This document shows positions 19,920 to 28,710 of a stretch of DNA of 42,537 nucleotides, piece after piece. The translations under genes were made by a program, and so were the position numbers. Location of the stretch: UHGV virus genome UHGV-0420230. One strand, given 5' to 3'. Origin of the DNA: a virus. A model generated the notes under the pieces. The model did no database searches, was not told the origin of the DNA, and saw only the letters and a program-made list of their open reading frames with translations. The stretch's first letter is position 1; each line of letters opens with the position of its first letter.

Positions 19920-20477
19920 ATGCTTATTGGCTATGTCCGCGTATCAACAAATGACCAGAATACGGAATTGCAGCGTAATGCGCTGGAGTGTGCAGGATGT
20001 GAGCTGATTTTTGAAGATAAGATCAGCGGCACTAAGTCCGACCGACCGGGACCGAAAAAACTGCTCAGAACATTATCAGCAGGTGACACTCTGGTAGTCT
20101 GGAAACTGGACCGACTGGGGCGCAGTATGCGGCATCTTGTCGTGCTGGTGGAGGAGTTGCGCGAACGTGGCGTTAATTTTCGCAGCCTGACGGATGCTAT
20201 TGATACCAGCACACCAATGGGGCGCTTTTTCTTTCATGTGATGGGTGCCCTGGCTGAAATGGAGCGAGAGCTTATTGTCGAACGTACTAGGGCGGGCTTT
20301 GCCGCAGCACGACAAGAAGGGAGGAATGGTGGGCGAAAGCCAAAGCTGACAGTAGAACAATGGGAGCAGGCTGGCAGGTTGATTGAATCGGGAATATATC
20401 AGCAGCAAGTCGCACTGATTTATGATCTGGGTATTTCAACGGTGTATAAAAAATTCCCTGTAGCAAGTAAACCATAA
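19920..20477 (+). CDS. serine DNA invertase (Gin/Pin/Hin family)
   Basis: MLIGYVRVSTNDQNTELQRNAL... and C-terminal HTH closely resemble Gin/Pin; start taken at the MLIGY methionine rather than the track start 19875. Confidence 0.85.
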   Translation: MLIGYVRVSTNDQNTELQRNALECAGCELIFEDKISGTKSDRPGPKKLLRTLSAGDTLVVWKLDRLGRSMRHLVVLVEELRERGVNFRSLTDAIDTSTPMGRFFFHVMGALAEMERELIVERTRAGFAAARQEGRNGGRKPKLTVEQWEQAGRLIESGIYQQQVALIYDLGISTVYKKFPVASKP

Positions 20478-20503
20478 CCTTACGCCACATTGATGATCGC
20501 GGA

Positions 20504-21199
20504 TTATGCACTATTTTTAGGTCTTGTAACCCGAGGTGGGAGTTGTTTGGTTATATGTTCAAGTGATTTTTTGCCCAAGATAGTTCTTTGGACAAAACTT
20601 TCTATAGCTTCTAGCATTTGTTCGAACTCACTTTTATTCGGGCTCCAACTGCGATGTGCGGCGGCGTTTCCTGCATCAATTACAGAAGATATAACGCATG
20701 CCTCAGTGTCGCCTATGACTCCATCTTGTTTTAATTTTTCAACTTTTTCACCAAGCGGCAAACCGGGGTGAATTTGTAACAGTTCAGCAGTTCGATCAAA
20801 AATCGTCCGTAAACCGATGGACGAAAGAATGAAATGGTCAGAAGTATATGAAGAATACATTTCATTAAATATTTGAAAGAGCTGACGATCAACTGATTCA
20901 AGCTTGGATAACCATATCGGAGCTTGAAATGTTTCAGCGGCAGGATAGGTAGTGATCATATCTATAGGCGTTTCTACAAATTCACCATCACGATATTCGT
21001 GGGTAGTATGCTCACTGAAGTGTTCGTTGTGGTGATAGAAGACAGTATCACAGCCATTGCATTGGAGTAGGTGATGGTAATGGTACCCATAAACTGGATA
21101 TTGGGAATCCTCCCAGCTAGTGGTTAGCTTCCCATGCACAGTGCAGTTACGTAACCCACCGCATGTAGGGCAAAGAGCCTTGAGTATTTCCTTTTTCAT
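20504..21199 (-). CDS. zinc-ribbon protein with C-terminal DUF4145-like helical domain (candidate defence/accessory gene)
   Basis: 231 aa; N-terminal CPTCGG...C-x16-CNGC; C-terminal ...GNAAAH...EFEQMLEAIESFV resembles the DUF4145 signature (memory); AT-rich; sits where e14 carries mcrA. Confidence 0.65.
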   Translation of the reverse strand: MKKEILKALCPTCGGLRNCTVHGKLTTSWEDSQYPVYGYHYHHLLQCNGCDTVFYHHNEHFSEHTTHEYRDGEFVETPIDMITTYPAAETFQAPIWLSKLESVDRQLFQIFNEMYSSYTSDHFILSSIGLRTIFDRTAELLQIHPGLPLGEKVEKLKQDGVIGDTEACVISSVIDAGNAAAHRSWSPNKSEFEQMLEAIESFVQRTILGKKSLEHITKQLPPRVTRPKNSA

Positions 21200-21547
21200 A
21201 AAGTCTCTGATTCTATATGTAGGTTAAGACCACTATTAGCTATACGGACCTAATAATCAATCGTGTGCAGATACAAAAAAGCCCGTATAGCGGGATTTCA
21301 TGTCACTAAGGGCCGCGGCTACTTTGCGTATCTTTTTTGTCTTCTCACCGTCTGGCCGGTATTTTGCTGAGACTGCTTATTTCCAGTTTTTACTAGTGCT
21401 GTACTGGTACTGCCCAATCATGATTGGTGGGGGACGGAGTTGAAACCGCAGCCACGTCGTATGCAAGAACGCGCTGCGGTTGGCTGGTGAACTTTCGATA
21501 GTGCGAGTATTGAATGATTTCCAGCCGTTACAGATTTTACGTGTTTA

Positions 21548-21796
21548 TTAGTGAACAAACCACTCGTCAGCAGATTCCCAGGTATCTTTCAGAGTCTCCT
21601 GAACAAAAGTTTTTGCAGAATCCTTATCTGCGGTGCGTGTAACAGAAAGGCCATCATTGCTGGTGGCTTTTACTAACACCTCAACATCGTCATAACGCTT
21701 ACTGATGCGTCGGGTTAATTCTTCCTTTAACGCATCCACAGCACCGGTTGGCATTTTAGTCATTTTTTCTTTGGCTATGCAGATTTCAATACGCAT
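21548..21796 (-). CDS. dinI: DinI-like protein
   Basis: 82 aa, [11 protein letters not shown]...[11 protein letters not shown] strongly resembles E. coli DinI; GGAGG RBS. Confidence 0.85.
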   Translation of the reverse strand: MRIEICIAKEKMTKMPTGAVDALKEELTRRISKRYDDVEVLVKATSNDGLSVTRTADKDSAKTFVQETLKDTWESADEWFVH

Positions 21797-21811
21797 AAAA
21801 GTCCCTCCATG

Positions 21812-21855
21812 CTGTGTTTGTATACAGTATTATTTTTAACTGTATGGATAAACAG
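21812..21855 (-). promoter_or_regulatory. two LexA (SOS) boxes overlapping the DinI-like promoter
   Basis: CTGT-N8-ACAG at 21812-21827 and 21840-21855; minus-strand TTGACA (plus 21857-21862), 17-bp spacer containing box 2, TAAAAA -10, box 1 over the start region. Confidence 0.7.
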
Positions 21856-21857
21856 TG

Positions 21858-22955
21858 TCAAGAGGTCTTATTTCTGCTCCTTTGGAGCTCTTCAAAACGA
21901 TTATGTAAAGATTTCGGATACAGTTCGGTATATACCTGCCATAGCACGTTTAATGAACGATGCCCTGTAACCTGGGCGACTTCCTCAATACTAAAACCAG
22001 CCTCAAATAAGCGACTTGCCCCTTCTCTACGCAAATCATGGTATCGCAGATCCTTAATACCTAATTTGCTTCTTACTCTCTGAAATCCCGCAGTAACAGA
22101 AGTGCTGTTATATGGAAAAATGAATTCCGATTTTTGGGGCTGTCGTTGGACGATATCCCAGGCTTCCCCAAGCAAGGCTACTTTCATGTGGTTGCCTTCC
22201 TTTTTGCGTGGATCTTTCCTGTCTCTTACGAGTATAGATTTTTGTTCCTGGTCGAGATCTTCCCATCGTAACCGGCATACTTCTCCGATTCGCATACAGG
22301 ACCATACAGAAAATTTGAGGATATCAACGAACGGAATTTTTGAGCATTTATGAGTAGATCGTTGTTGAAGGCCTGCAATGAGCATGTCCAGTTCATCAGA
22401 TGCTGGTCTACGATTACGACGGTTTGATTTACCAATCAAACCAAGTTTAAGTAGATATGGGCGAGCGCTTTTCGCCGGGTTTGATGTGTAATTAATTCCG
22501 TATACAGGTTTGGCCGCATCCAGAACACTGCCAAGATAACTAACATCGTGGCTGACTGTTGCTGGACCTGCACCAGCGTTGTTTCTTAGCCTGCAATGTT
22601 CAATTACGTCATTTTCTGTCAGTTCAGATAGTTTGATCGCGGAGATGTCACTATCCATAAGCAGTTCCAGCACATATCTTTTAGTACGGCCTGCTTTACC
22701 TCCGGCATTTGGGTCATTTAAATATTTGTGTAGTAAGTCACGGACTGTAAGTCCGTCAACTGCATTTGATGATGGAATGCCATATAGATCTAATTCCATC
22801 ACTTTCTGTGTGCCCCATGTTTTGGCATGAGCATGTTTAGGGAATGTTTTGCTTTCCCTGTAAGTGATAACACCTTTTTCTTTGATAATCACATTACAGC
22901 GATAGCGTGGTGTGCCATCGGATTTTAGTCGTTTCTCTATGTTATAGTACGCCAT
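21858..22955 (-). CDS. int: tyrosine integrase
   Basis: 365 aa; C-terminal catalytic region with R, H and Y (...YHDLRREGASRL...GHRSLNVLWQVYTEL); GAGGT RBS. Confidence 0.85.
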   Translation of the reverse strand: MAYYNIEKRLKSDGTPRYRCNVIIKEKGVITYRESKTFPKHAHAKTWGTQKVMELDLYGIPSSNAVDGLTVRDLLHKYLNDPNAGGKAGRTKRYVLELLMDSDISAIKLSELTENDVIEHCRLRNNAGAGPATVSHDVSYLGSVLDAAKPVYGINYTSNPAKSARPYLLKLGLIGKSNRRNRRPASDELDMLIAGLQQRSTHKCSKIPFVDILKFSVWSCMRIGEVCRLRWEDLDQEQKSILVRDRKDPRKKEGNHMKVALLGEAWDIVQRQPQKSEFIFPYNSTSVTAGFQRVRSKLGIKDLRYHDLRREGASRLFEAGFSIEEVAQVTGHRSLNVLWQVYTELYPKSLHNRFEELQRSRNKTS

Positions 22956-22959
22956 TACA

Positions 22960-23216
22960 CGACCTCGTTATTTCGGGTTCCCATAAAACGTGGGAACCTG
23001 AGCGGGAACCTAACGCGAGAAAAATAGCCTGAAATGTTCAAAAATGCACGATAATCATGAAACACAAAAAATTAATCAAACCAGCGTGATGCCTGAAAAA
23101 ACTGGTGTTTACTGGAATTCTCGGTTTAGCATTGCTCCTATGCTCGATAGGATGTACCGTTTTTGAAAAACAACTAGTTATACACTTTGTGGGAGCCTAT
23201 TGGGAACCTGTTATTC
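22960..23216. other. integrase-proximal non-coding region with GGGAACCT repeats (candidate arm-type sites / attP region)
   Basis: GGGTTCCC at 22968, GGGAACCT at 22987 and 22998, GGGAGCCT/GGGAACCT at 23190-23212; about 445 bp without a convincing ORF. Confidence 0.3.
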
Positions 23217-23401
23217 TTAGAAAGCATCATTTGCTCATCACTTCAATTGACCATGGTTAAAGCCAGCTATAAACTTGACAAACGAGGTAACTGGTTGCTT
23301 AGGCCCAAGTGGGCACACCATAAGAAGCTCGTGTTGGTGATGAAGCAACCCATGAAGTATCGAGAATAATTATAAAGTTCACTATCTTTGAGGTTTCTTA
23401 T

Positions 23402-23974
23402 ATGTTTTGCGAAGAAAAAGTAGCTCAAATGGCTGCATACCTACTTCTTAAGCGAGGTGGGCGCATGGCATATCTGAAATTGATGAAGTTGCTCTATCTG
23501 TCTAACCGCCAGTCGATTTTGAAGCATGGCAGGATGATCGGCGAAGATAGCCTTTACTCTATGAAATTTGGACCAGTCATGTCGAATACGCTGAACTTGA
23601 TTCGCGGTAAGGCTGAAGGCATTGGTGACTACTGGTACAACTTGATAGAGACGAACGGGCATAATGTATCGTTGCGTTCAGATCCGAGGGAAATGGATGC
23701 AGACGAGGTCTTTGATGAATTGAGTCGTGCAGATATCCGGATTTTAGATGAAATCTATTCTCGGTATGGGCATATGAACCGATTTGATCTCGCAAATATG
23801 ACGCATTTAGAAAGCGTTTGTCCAGAGTGGCACGATCCTGGCAATTCTCGTAAGCCTATAGACCTGAAAGAAATGCTGATCAGTGAGGGTAAAAGCGAGG
23901 ATGAGGCTAATCGCATAATTGGCAAAATGGAAGAATCTCAGAAACTTAAGGAATTTTCTTTGCAATTATCATGA
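23402..23974 (+). CDS. Panacea (DUF4065)-like domain protein, candidate antitoxin
   Basis: 190 aa; ...YLKLMKLLYLSNRQSILKHGRMIGEDSLYSMKFGPVMSNTLNLI fits the Panacea pattern (LKLQKLLYY...GPV) from memory; GAGG RBS; AT-rich. Confidence 0.6.
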   Translation: MFCEEKVAQMAAYLLLKRGGRMAYLKLMKLLYLSNRQSILKHGRMIGEDSLYSMKFGPVMSNTLNLIRGKAEGIGDYWYNLIETNGHNVSLRSDPREMDADEVFDELSRADIRILDEIYSRYGHMNRFDLANMTHLESVCPEWHDPGNSRKPIDLKEMLISEGKSEDEANRIIGKMEESQKLKEFSLQLS

Positions 23975-24390
23975 CGGATTATCAGCCATACAGGAAAGGA
24001 ACTGTGCTTGCCCCAACTGGGCCATGCAATCATCTTCATGTGATTTGTAATGATCCTGTTTATTACCCCGTTAACGATTGTTATTGTGTTTTAGTTGTTA
24101 ATATTTCTAGTATCAAGGATGGTGTCCCCCACGATCCGTCTTGCGTCTTGAATTCTGGTGATCATCGCTTTATCAAGCATCCAAGTTATGTTGTTTACGC
24201 TGAAGCTATAATTTGGCGAGTGGATAACATGGTTAGAAAGCAGCGATCGGGTGAGATTTCTGTTCATGATGATATGCCAGAAGCTACATTCAATAGAATT
24301 CTGGACGGTTTTGATATCTCTGATGAAGTTACGCCAAAGAACCTTAAATTTAAAAATAAATATTGCGTATCATCTATTGATGATGAGTAA
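23971..24390 (+). CDS. hypothetical protein, candidate toxin/effector partner
   Basis: 139 aa; start overlaps the upstream stop (ATGA at 23971-23974), implying translational coupling; no recognised family. Confidence 0.55.
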   Translation: MTDYQPYRKGTVLAPTGPCNHLHVICNDPVYYPVNDCYCVLVVNISSIKDGVPHDPSCVLNSGDHRFIKHPSYVVYAEAIIWRVDNMVRKQRSGEISVHDDMPEATFNRILDGFDISDEVTPKNLKFKNKYCVSSIDDE

Positions 24391-24429
24391 ACAACAGGAA
24401 TTGTTTCGGTATAACTTCAGGAGTTTTCT

Positions 24430-24603
24430 ATGGAAGATCAAAAAGCAACCAAGCCACAGGTTAAGTTCGACACAATGAAAGCATTCGCAGGTATGGGTGC
24501 TGCTGTTGAAGTTCTGATGAAGGCTGCTCCTAATGCGTTCACTCACGCTACTGTCTCTGGTAAAGAGCAGCAGGGTAAGCTTCGTCGTCGCAAAGCAGCA
24601 TGA
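24430..24603 (+). CDS. small hypothetical protein (57 aa)
   Basis: Not in the supplied track (below 60 aa); AGGAG at 24419-24423, ATG 24430, basic C-terminus (GKLRRRKAA); terminator directly downstream. Confidence 0.45.
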   Translation: MEDQKATKPQVKFDTMKAFAGMGAAVEVLMKAAPNAFTHATVSGKEQQGKLRRRKAA

Positions 24604-24619
24604 TCATAGCTGGTGCTTT

Positions 24620-24650
24620 TTGAAAACCCGCCTTTAGGCGGGTTTTTTCT
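24620..24650. terminator. bidirectional rho-independent terminator
   Basis: Hairpin AAAACCCGCC-TTTA-GGCGGGTTTT flanked by an A-run and a T-run; terminates both the plus-strand cassette and the leftward early operon. Confidence 0.7.
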
Positions 24651-24932
24651 TTAGTGATGTTCTTTGCCCTTCTGTTTGCTTGTTCTGACCTGTTCCCACT
24701 CGATACGTCCTTCTTCTCGTCTTTTGTCTATGTATTCCGCAAGATCCTGAATATTGATGCAACGTTTTGCTTTTTGTGATGTGCCGATGCGATATGTTGG
24801 AACGGGCAACTTACAAGCGTTTGCTTTTGCTTCTGCCGTGGCTGGACTCATGCCAAAGTACTTTTGGCTAACTGCTGAGAGTTCAATGTTAGGGGTATTG
24901 AATTCAGCCATCAGTAAAAACAAGGTGTTCAT
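24651..24932 (-). CDS. PrtN-family / excisionase-like DNA-binding protein
   Basis: MNTLFLLMAEFNTPNIEL...INIQDLAEYIDKRREE resembles the PrtN/Xis-like family; last gene of the leftward operon. Confidence 0.65.
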   Translation of the reverse strand: MNTLFLLMAEFNTPNIELSAVSQKYFGMSPATAEAKANACKLPVPTYRIGTSQKAKRCINIQDLAEYIDKRREEGRIEWEQVRTSKQKGKEHH

Positions 24933-24968
24933 AATTTTCTCCATCAAAACCGGCTGCACCCGGGAAAA

Positions 24969-25544
24969 TCATAATTCTGTGCTGGTGGCAGGAATTAATT
25001 TCTGCCAGATAGCGGAAACATATTTTTCCTGATGACGAGCATCAGCCAGGGCGTTGTGCCGTTCGCCATCGAAAGGCATGTCCATTTTGGGGGCGAATCC
25101 GATGGAACGCCCAAGCGTAACGATCGTGCGTACATCGTGGTCATTCCAGTATGCCCACGGGCAGATTTGTCCTGCTCGCTCATAAGCTCCACGTAAAATT
25201 ACGTTGTCGAAGGTGGCCCCGTTACCCCAGACTTTTAAATATTTTGTATTGTCTGCATGCTGATTAATGAAATGGCTCAGTTCAGAGAGTGCATCGCTGA
25301 TCGACAAAGTATCATCAATACAGATTGCAGCTCGTGCTTCAGGGCTCTGTTTCAACCACCACAGGATGGTATCGCCGTCAGGTGTGGCCCCTTGCTCCAT
25401 AGCACTTTCCAGGCTGACAACCGTATAGAATTCTTGTCCGATGTCTCCGGTTTCTGGGGTGAAGAACACCGCGCCAATGGAAACGATTGGTGCATCCTTA
25501 TTTTTCCCCATCGTCTCAAGGTCGATCATTAAGTTGTTCATCAC
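24969..25544 (-). CDS. 3'-5' exonuclease (DnaQ-like fold)
   Basis: N-terminal MIDLETMG acidic motif and later H...D residues typical of DEDD exonucleases. Confidence 0.7.
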   Translation of the reverse strand: MMNNLMIDLETMGKNKDAPIVSIGAVFFTPETGDIGQEFYTVVSLESAMEQGATPDGDTILWWLKQSPEARAAICIDDTLSISDALSELSHFINQHADNTKYLKVWGNGATFDNVILRGAYERAGQICPWAYWNDHDVRTIVTLGRSIGFAPKMDMPFDGERHNALADARHQEKYVSAIWQKLIPATSTEL

Positions 25545-26023
25545 TTCACCTCCTGCTGTGGTGCTGCTGCAATCATCGCGCGGTATGCAGCCTGCATGTC
25601 GTTGTCATCATCGTCTGTGTACGGAGCCGAATCCCATGCTGCACGCATATCCGGAGTAAGCTCAACCGGCACCATCACCCAACCATCCGGAATCACCGGA
25701 CAGTTGCCGCTCACAGCCTCCTGAAAGCGTCCAAGCTCCACGTACTCCTGACATGACCACCCGCCATCAATAAAATCGCGAGCTTCAACAGCGTCGAAAG
25801 TGAACGATGTTACACCTCCAGTTGGTGAGGTTAAGCCGTACAGGTCTGCTACCAGCTTAAACTGTGTGGCTGTTATGGTGCCCTCATTGGCGAGGGTACC
25901 ATCCGCTTCGAGTGATGCCAGCGCGATACGCGCCAGTGCAGAAGCCTCACCACATTGAACGTGGTCAGTTTCGATAATTTGCTGTAACTGCTCTTTGGTG
26001 AATTCTTTGGTGATAGTGCTCAT
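25541..26023 (-). CDS. hypothetical protein
   Basis: 160-aa ORF translationally coupled within the leftward early operon. Confidence 0.55.
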   Translation of the reverse strand: MSTITKEFTKEQLQQIIETDHVQCGEASALARIALASLEADGTLANEGTITATQFKLVADLYGLTSPTGGVTSFTFDAVEARDFIDGGWSCQEYVELGRFQEAVSGNCPVIPDGWVMVPVELTPDMRAAWDSAPYTDDDDNDMQAAYRAMIAAAPQQEVK

Positions 26024-26024
26024 A

Positions 26025-26570
26025 TCACTCCCCCTTCACGCCAATGCCAGCGGCGCGGTCAATACGTTCAATTTCTGCCAGAATAAGAGCGCCAGCTTTT
26101 ACTAAGTCGCGGCGTGCTCCTGATTGCTTCCACCAGTCAGGAGACCACGGCCAATGTGCTGGAGTGGAGAAACCTTGGTTGTGCGCATGAATTGCGTAAC
26201 AAGCCGCTGCATCTGCTAATTCGCTATTTTGATATGCGTTGTCATGTTCAGGAGTCCATCCTTCAACCGACTGTTGCCGCTGGCGTTCTGCTACCACATC
26301 AAGAATTGCGGGATTGAATGCGTCCCCCTCCAGTTCTGCTATGCGCTTCTCTGCGGTTTCCAACTCATCCAGCAGCGCCAGCACGGTGGCGGGGTTGGCT
26401 GCGGCGATAAATGCAGCATCACGCGCTTCGTTTTCACTGAATACCATGGCTATTTGCTCATGGTTCACGCCGTCAGTGGAGTAAATCTCATCGTCGAACT
26501 CAACAGCCCACCGGCCTTTCGTCGCCTTCTCCGCCGCTTCACGCAGAGCCTGGTAATTAATCTCGCTCAC
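26025..26570 (-). CDS. Ead/Ea22-like protein
   Basis: EAAEKATKGRWAVEF...TVLALLDELETAEKRIAELE resembles lambdoid Ea22-like proteins. Confidence 0.6.
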   Translation of the reverse strand: MSEINYQALREAAEKATKGRWAVEFDDEIYSTDGVNHEQIAMVFSENEARDAAFIAAANPATVLALLDELETAEKRIAELEGDAFNPAILDVVAERQRQQSVEGWTPEHDNAYQNSELADAAACYAIHAHNQGFSTPAHWPWSPDWWKQSGARRDLVKAGALILAEIERIDRAAGIGVKGE

Positions 26571-27166
26571 TGGTTGCCTCCTTTGCGAAGCTGGGCGGCG
26601 ATATCTTCGAGAACGCCATCAGAGAATGAGCGGTCAAAATCGCCTTCCGGCGCATTAGCCATAAACTCAGTAGAGGTAAGAATCATCCTGGCAATATCCG
26701 CGGCGTTCTTTGCAGTATCATCAATAAAACCAGCTTCCCAGGCTGCCAACATTCTGTTCGCCACAAAATAAGCGCCTTCCTTGCGTGCTTCAGTCTTCCC
26801 TTCAGCCAGAAAAGCATCGGTGGCTGGGGTTTTGATTTCGTTAAGCGCATCACTGAATCCACCACGCTCCATACCTAGCTCTGCTTCGTAATCGGCATCG
26901 AATGCAGCGTCTTTGCAGAACTTCTTCAGCTTTGCATTCTCCGCAGCCAGCGCTGAAAACTTCTCGTGTGCCAACTTAACAGCTGCATCAGCCTGCTTAA
27001 TTGACTCAATCGCTTTCTGGTGGTCTTCGTACAGAGCCGAAATCTTGGCCTCCGCTTCAGCAAATTTACGCACCAGATATTCAGCGTTTGTTTCGTTCAC
27101 TTTCAGATCTCGCGGTACACATTTCCCGCGAAGAAACCCTTCCATTTCGAAAACATTCATGCGCAT
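26567..27166 (-). CDS. hypothetical protein
   Basis: 199-aa ORF in the early operon, overlapping start and stop. Confidence 0.55.
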   Translation of the reverse strand: MRMNVFEMEGFLRGKCVPRDLKVNETNAEYLVRKFAEAEAKISALYEDHQKAIESIKQADAAVKLAHEKFSALAAENAKLKKFCKDAAFDADYEAELGMERGGFSDALNEIKTPATDAFLAEGKTEARKEGAYFVANRMLAAWEAGFIDDTAKNAADIARMILTSTEFMANAPEGDFDRSFSDGVLEDIAAQLRKGGNQ

Positions 27167-27693
27167 TTGCGTAACTCCGATAACTCGTTAAAACGTTCCA
27201 TAAACATCCCATAGGCATGGCCTGGCGACAGTGGAATAACTTTGAACATCTCTGTTGCCGGGATACCTTCCAGTACAGGCCAGAAAGAGCCATCATCAAG
27301 CCCGAGATCGCGGCGTTCGGTTGCCAGCATGATGAGATCGGCATATTTCACGGGCGTACTCATAACCGGGGGTAACCCGTATTTCTCACGGATTACGGCG
27401 TCTATTTTTTCTTCCATCCGTTTATAGTCAGGAAGAAGGCGTTTCAGTGGTGCGGGAATGTCCTGGCAATACGCTTCTGTTGCATCATGCATTAACGCTT
27501 CAAAAGCAAATTCCTGCGGCACCAGCTGGCTGCAAAGAACCGCATGTTGGGCGACGCTGTAGAAGTGCGAAAGATGACCGGCAAAGCGACAGATATTTGA
27601 AAGGGAAACCGCGATATCGTTAATATCGATGTCGTCTTTATTTATCCTGTCATAATAAAAATGCTTCCCGGAAAAAGTTTTAATAAATGACAT
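27157..27693 (-). CDS. HD-domain protein, YfdR-like
   Basis: 178 aa from MSFIKTF; H..H..D-type motifs; same size as E. coli prophage YfdR. Confidence 0.65.
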   Translation of the reverse strand: MSFIKTFSGKHFYYDRINKDDIDINDIAVSLSNICRFAGHLSHFYSVAQHAVLCSQLVPQEFAFEALMHDATEAYCQDIPAPLKRLLPDYKRMEEKIDAVIREKYGLPPVMSTPVKYADLIMLATERRDLGLDDGSFWPVLEGIPATEMFKVIPLSPGHAYGMFMERFNELSELRKCA

Positions 27694-27788
27694 TTTGTTC
27701 TCCACGTATATGCGCTGCACCGCGCTGAATTCTGCTAAAAAGAATCCCTCACCATCCGGTGATTATTGAGTTAATTACGTTTCCATAA

Positions 27789-27812
27789 ATGCCCCCGCAG
27801 GGGCATTTGCAG
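27789..27812 (-). other. perfect stem-loop between early-operon genes
   Basis: AAATGCCCC-CGCA-GGGGCATTT inverted repeat; no T-run. Confidence 0.4.
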
Positions 27813-27820
27813 TAATGAAA

Positions 27821-28645
27821 TCAGGCGGTGAAAGTACCAATAAAGGTTTCTACTTTGCTGTCTTTGAATTTCTCAACAAGCAGATCACGAAATTCGTTAG
27901 CCATTTCTTCCTGCACCGCTTCCAGCTGAATAATGCGCAGAACCAGTACAGGACGATCGCCAGTGATAATGCTGAGGCGTAATTTAAACGGACGTTCTTT
28001 CAGACCTTCAAACGGAACGCATTTAAATTCAAATGCCACTGGCATAATGTCTTTGGTCTTCGCTTCGACAGACTCCATCAGGGAGCGTTTGCCGCTGAAG
28101 TCATTGTCTTCAAAATCAGCGGTCTGGTTCGCTTCAATTGTGATTTTACGGATCGCCGCAGCCGCTTTGGTTGCCTGAATGGCGTCACCATTAGCATCAA
28201 AGCCCACAAGGTAGTCGGCCCAGTCTTCAATCCATTCTGCCAGTGACTTCTGGGAGTTACGCTCGCCATTAACAGACAACAGAGCAGAGAACGGTGCTGT
28301 CTTTTTCAGTTTGAGAGTGGCGGTGTTATCTGCGTGACCTGGTTCATCAATAGTACCCAGGTTAAGCACACTGACGGCTCGCATATTATCGGCATCGATA
28401 AAGCAGCGGGTGCCTTCATCTGCAAGATCTTTAGAATAACGGGTAAAGTCATCGATGCTGGCAGTGGAAAGTGAACCACGGAAACGGAAACGATTTAAAT
28501 TAAATTTTTCCAGATCATGAATGCGGAAATTATCAGGCAATGCCACAGCATCGGCACCAATCTTACTGATAATTTCATTAACACCCTGAGCAGAAATAAG
28601 GGCATGGATTTGATTAATTGCGGTTGCGTCTAAGTACTGAGACAT
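27821..28645 (-). CDS. DUF2303 protein, YfdQ-like
   Basis: 274 aa, same size as E. coli prophage YfdQ; GAGGA RBS. Confidence 0.65.
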   Translation of the reverse strand: MSQYLDATAINQIHALISAQGVNEIISKIGADAVALPDNFRIHDLEKFNLNRFRFRGSLSTASIDDFTRYSKDLADEGTRCFIDADNMRAVSVLNLGTIDEPGHADNTATLKLKKTAPFSALLSVNGERNSQKSLAEWIEDWADYLVGFDANGDAIQATKAAAAIRKITIEANQTADFEDNDFSGKRSLMESVEAKTKDIMPVAFEFKCVPFEGLKERPFKLRLSIITGDRPVLVLRIIQLEAVQEEMANEFRDLLVEKFKDSKVETFIGTFTA

Positions 28646-28710
28646 AATAAGTCCTCACTATATTAAGATATTCAGTGATGAGATAAATAATCAGTTAATT
28701 AAGAACGATA

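Noticed and set aside
21814-22353. Plus-strand ORFs of 83-89 aa overlapping the integrase
   Set aside because: Antisense to the integrase; no RBS.
23187-23369. 60-aa plus-strand ORF in the integrase-proximal non-coding region
   Set aside because: No RBS, low-complexity product; region more plausibly holds promoters and arm sites.
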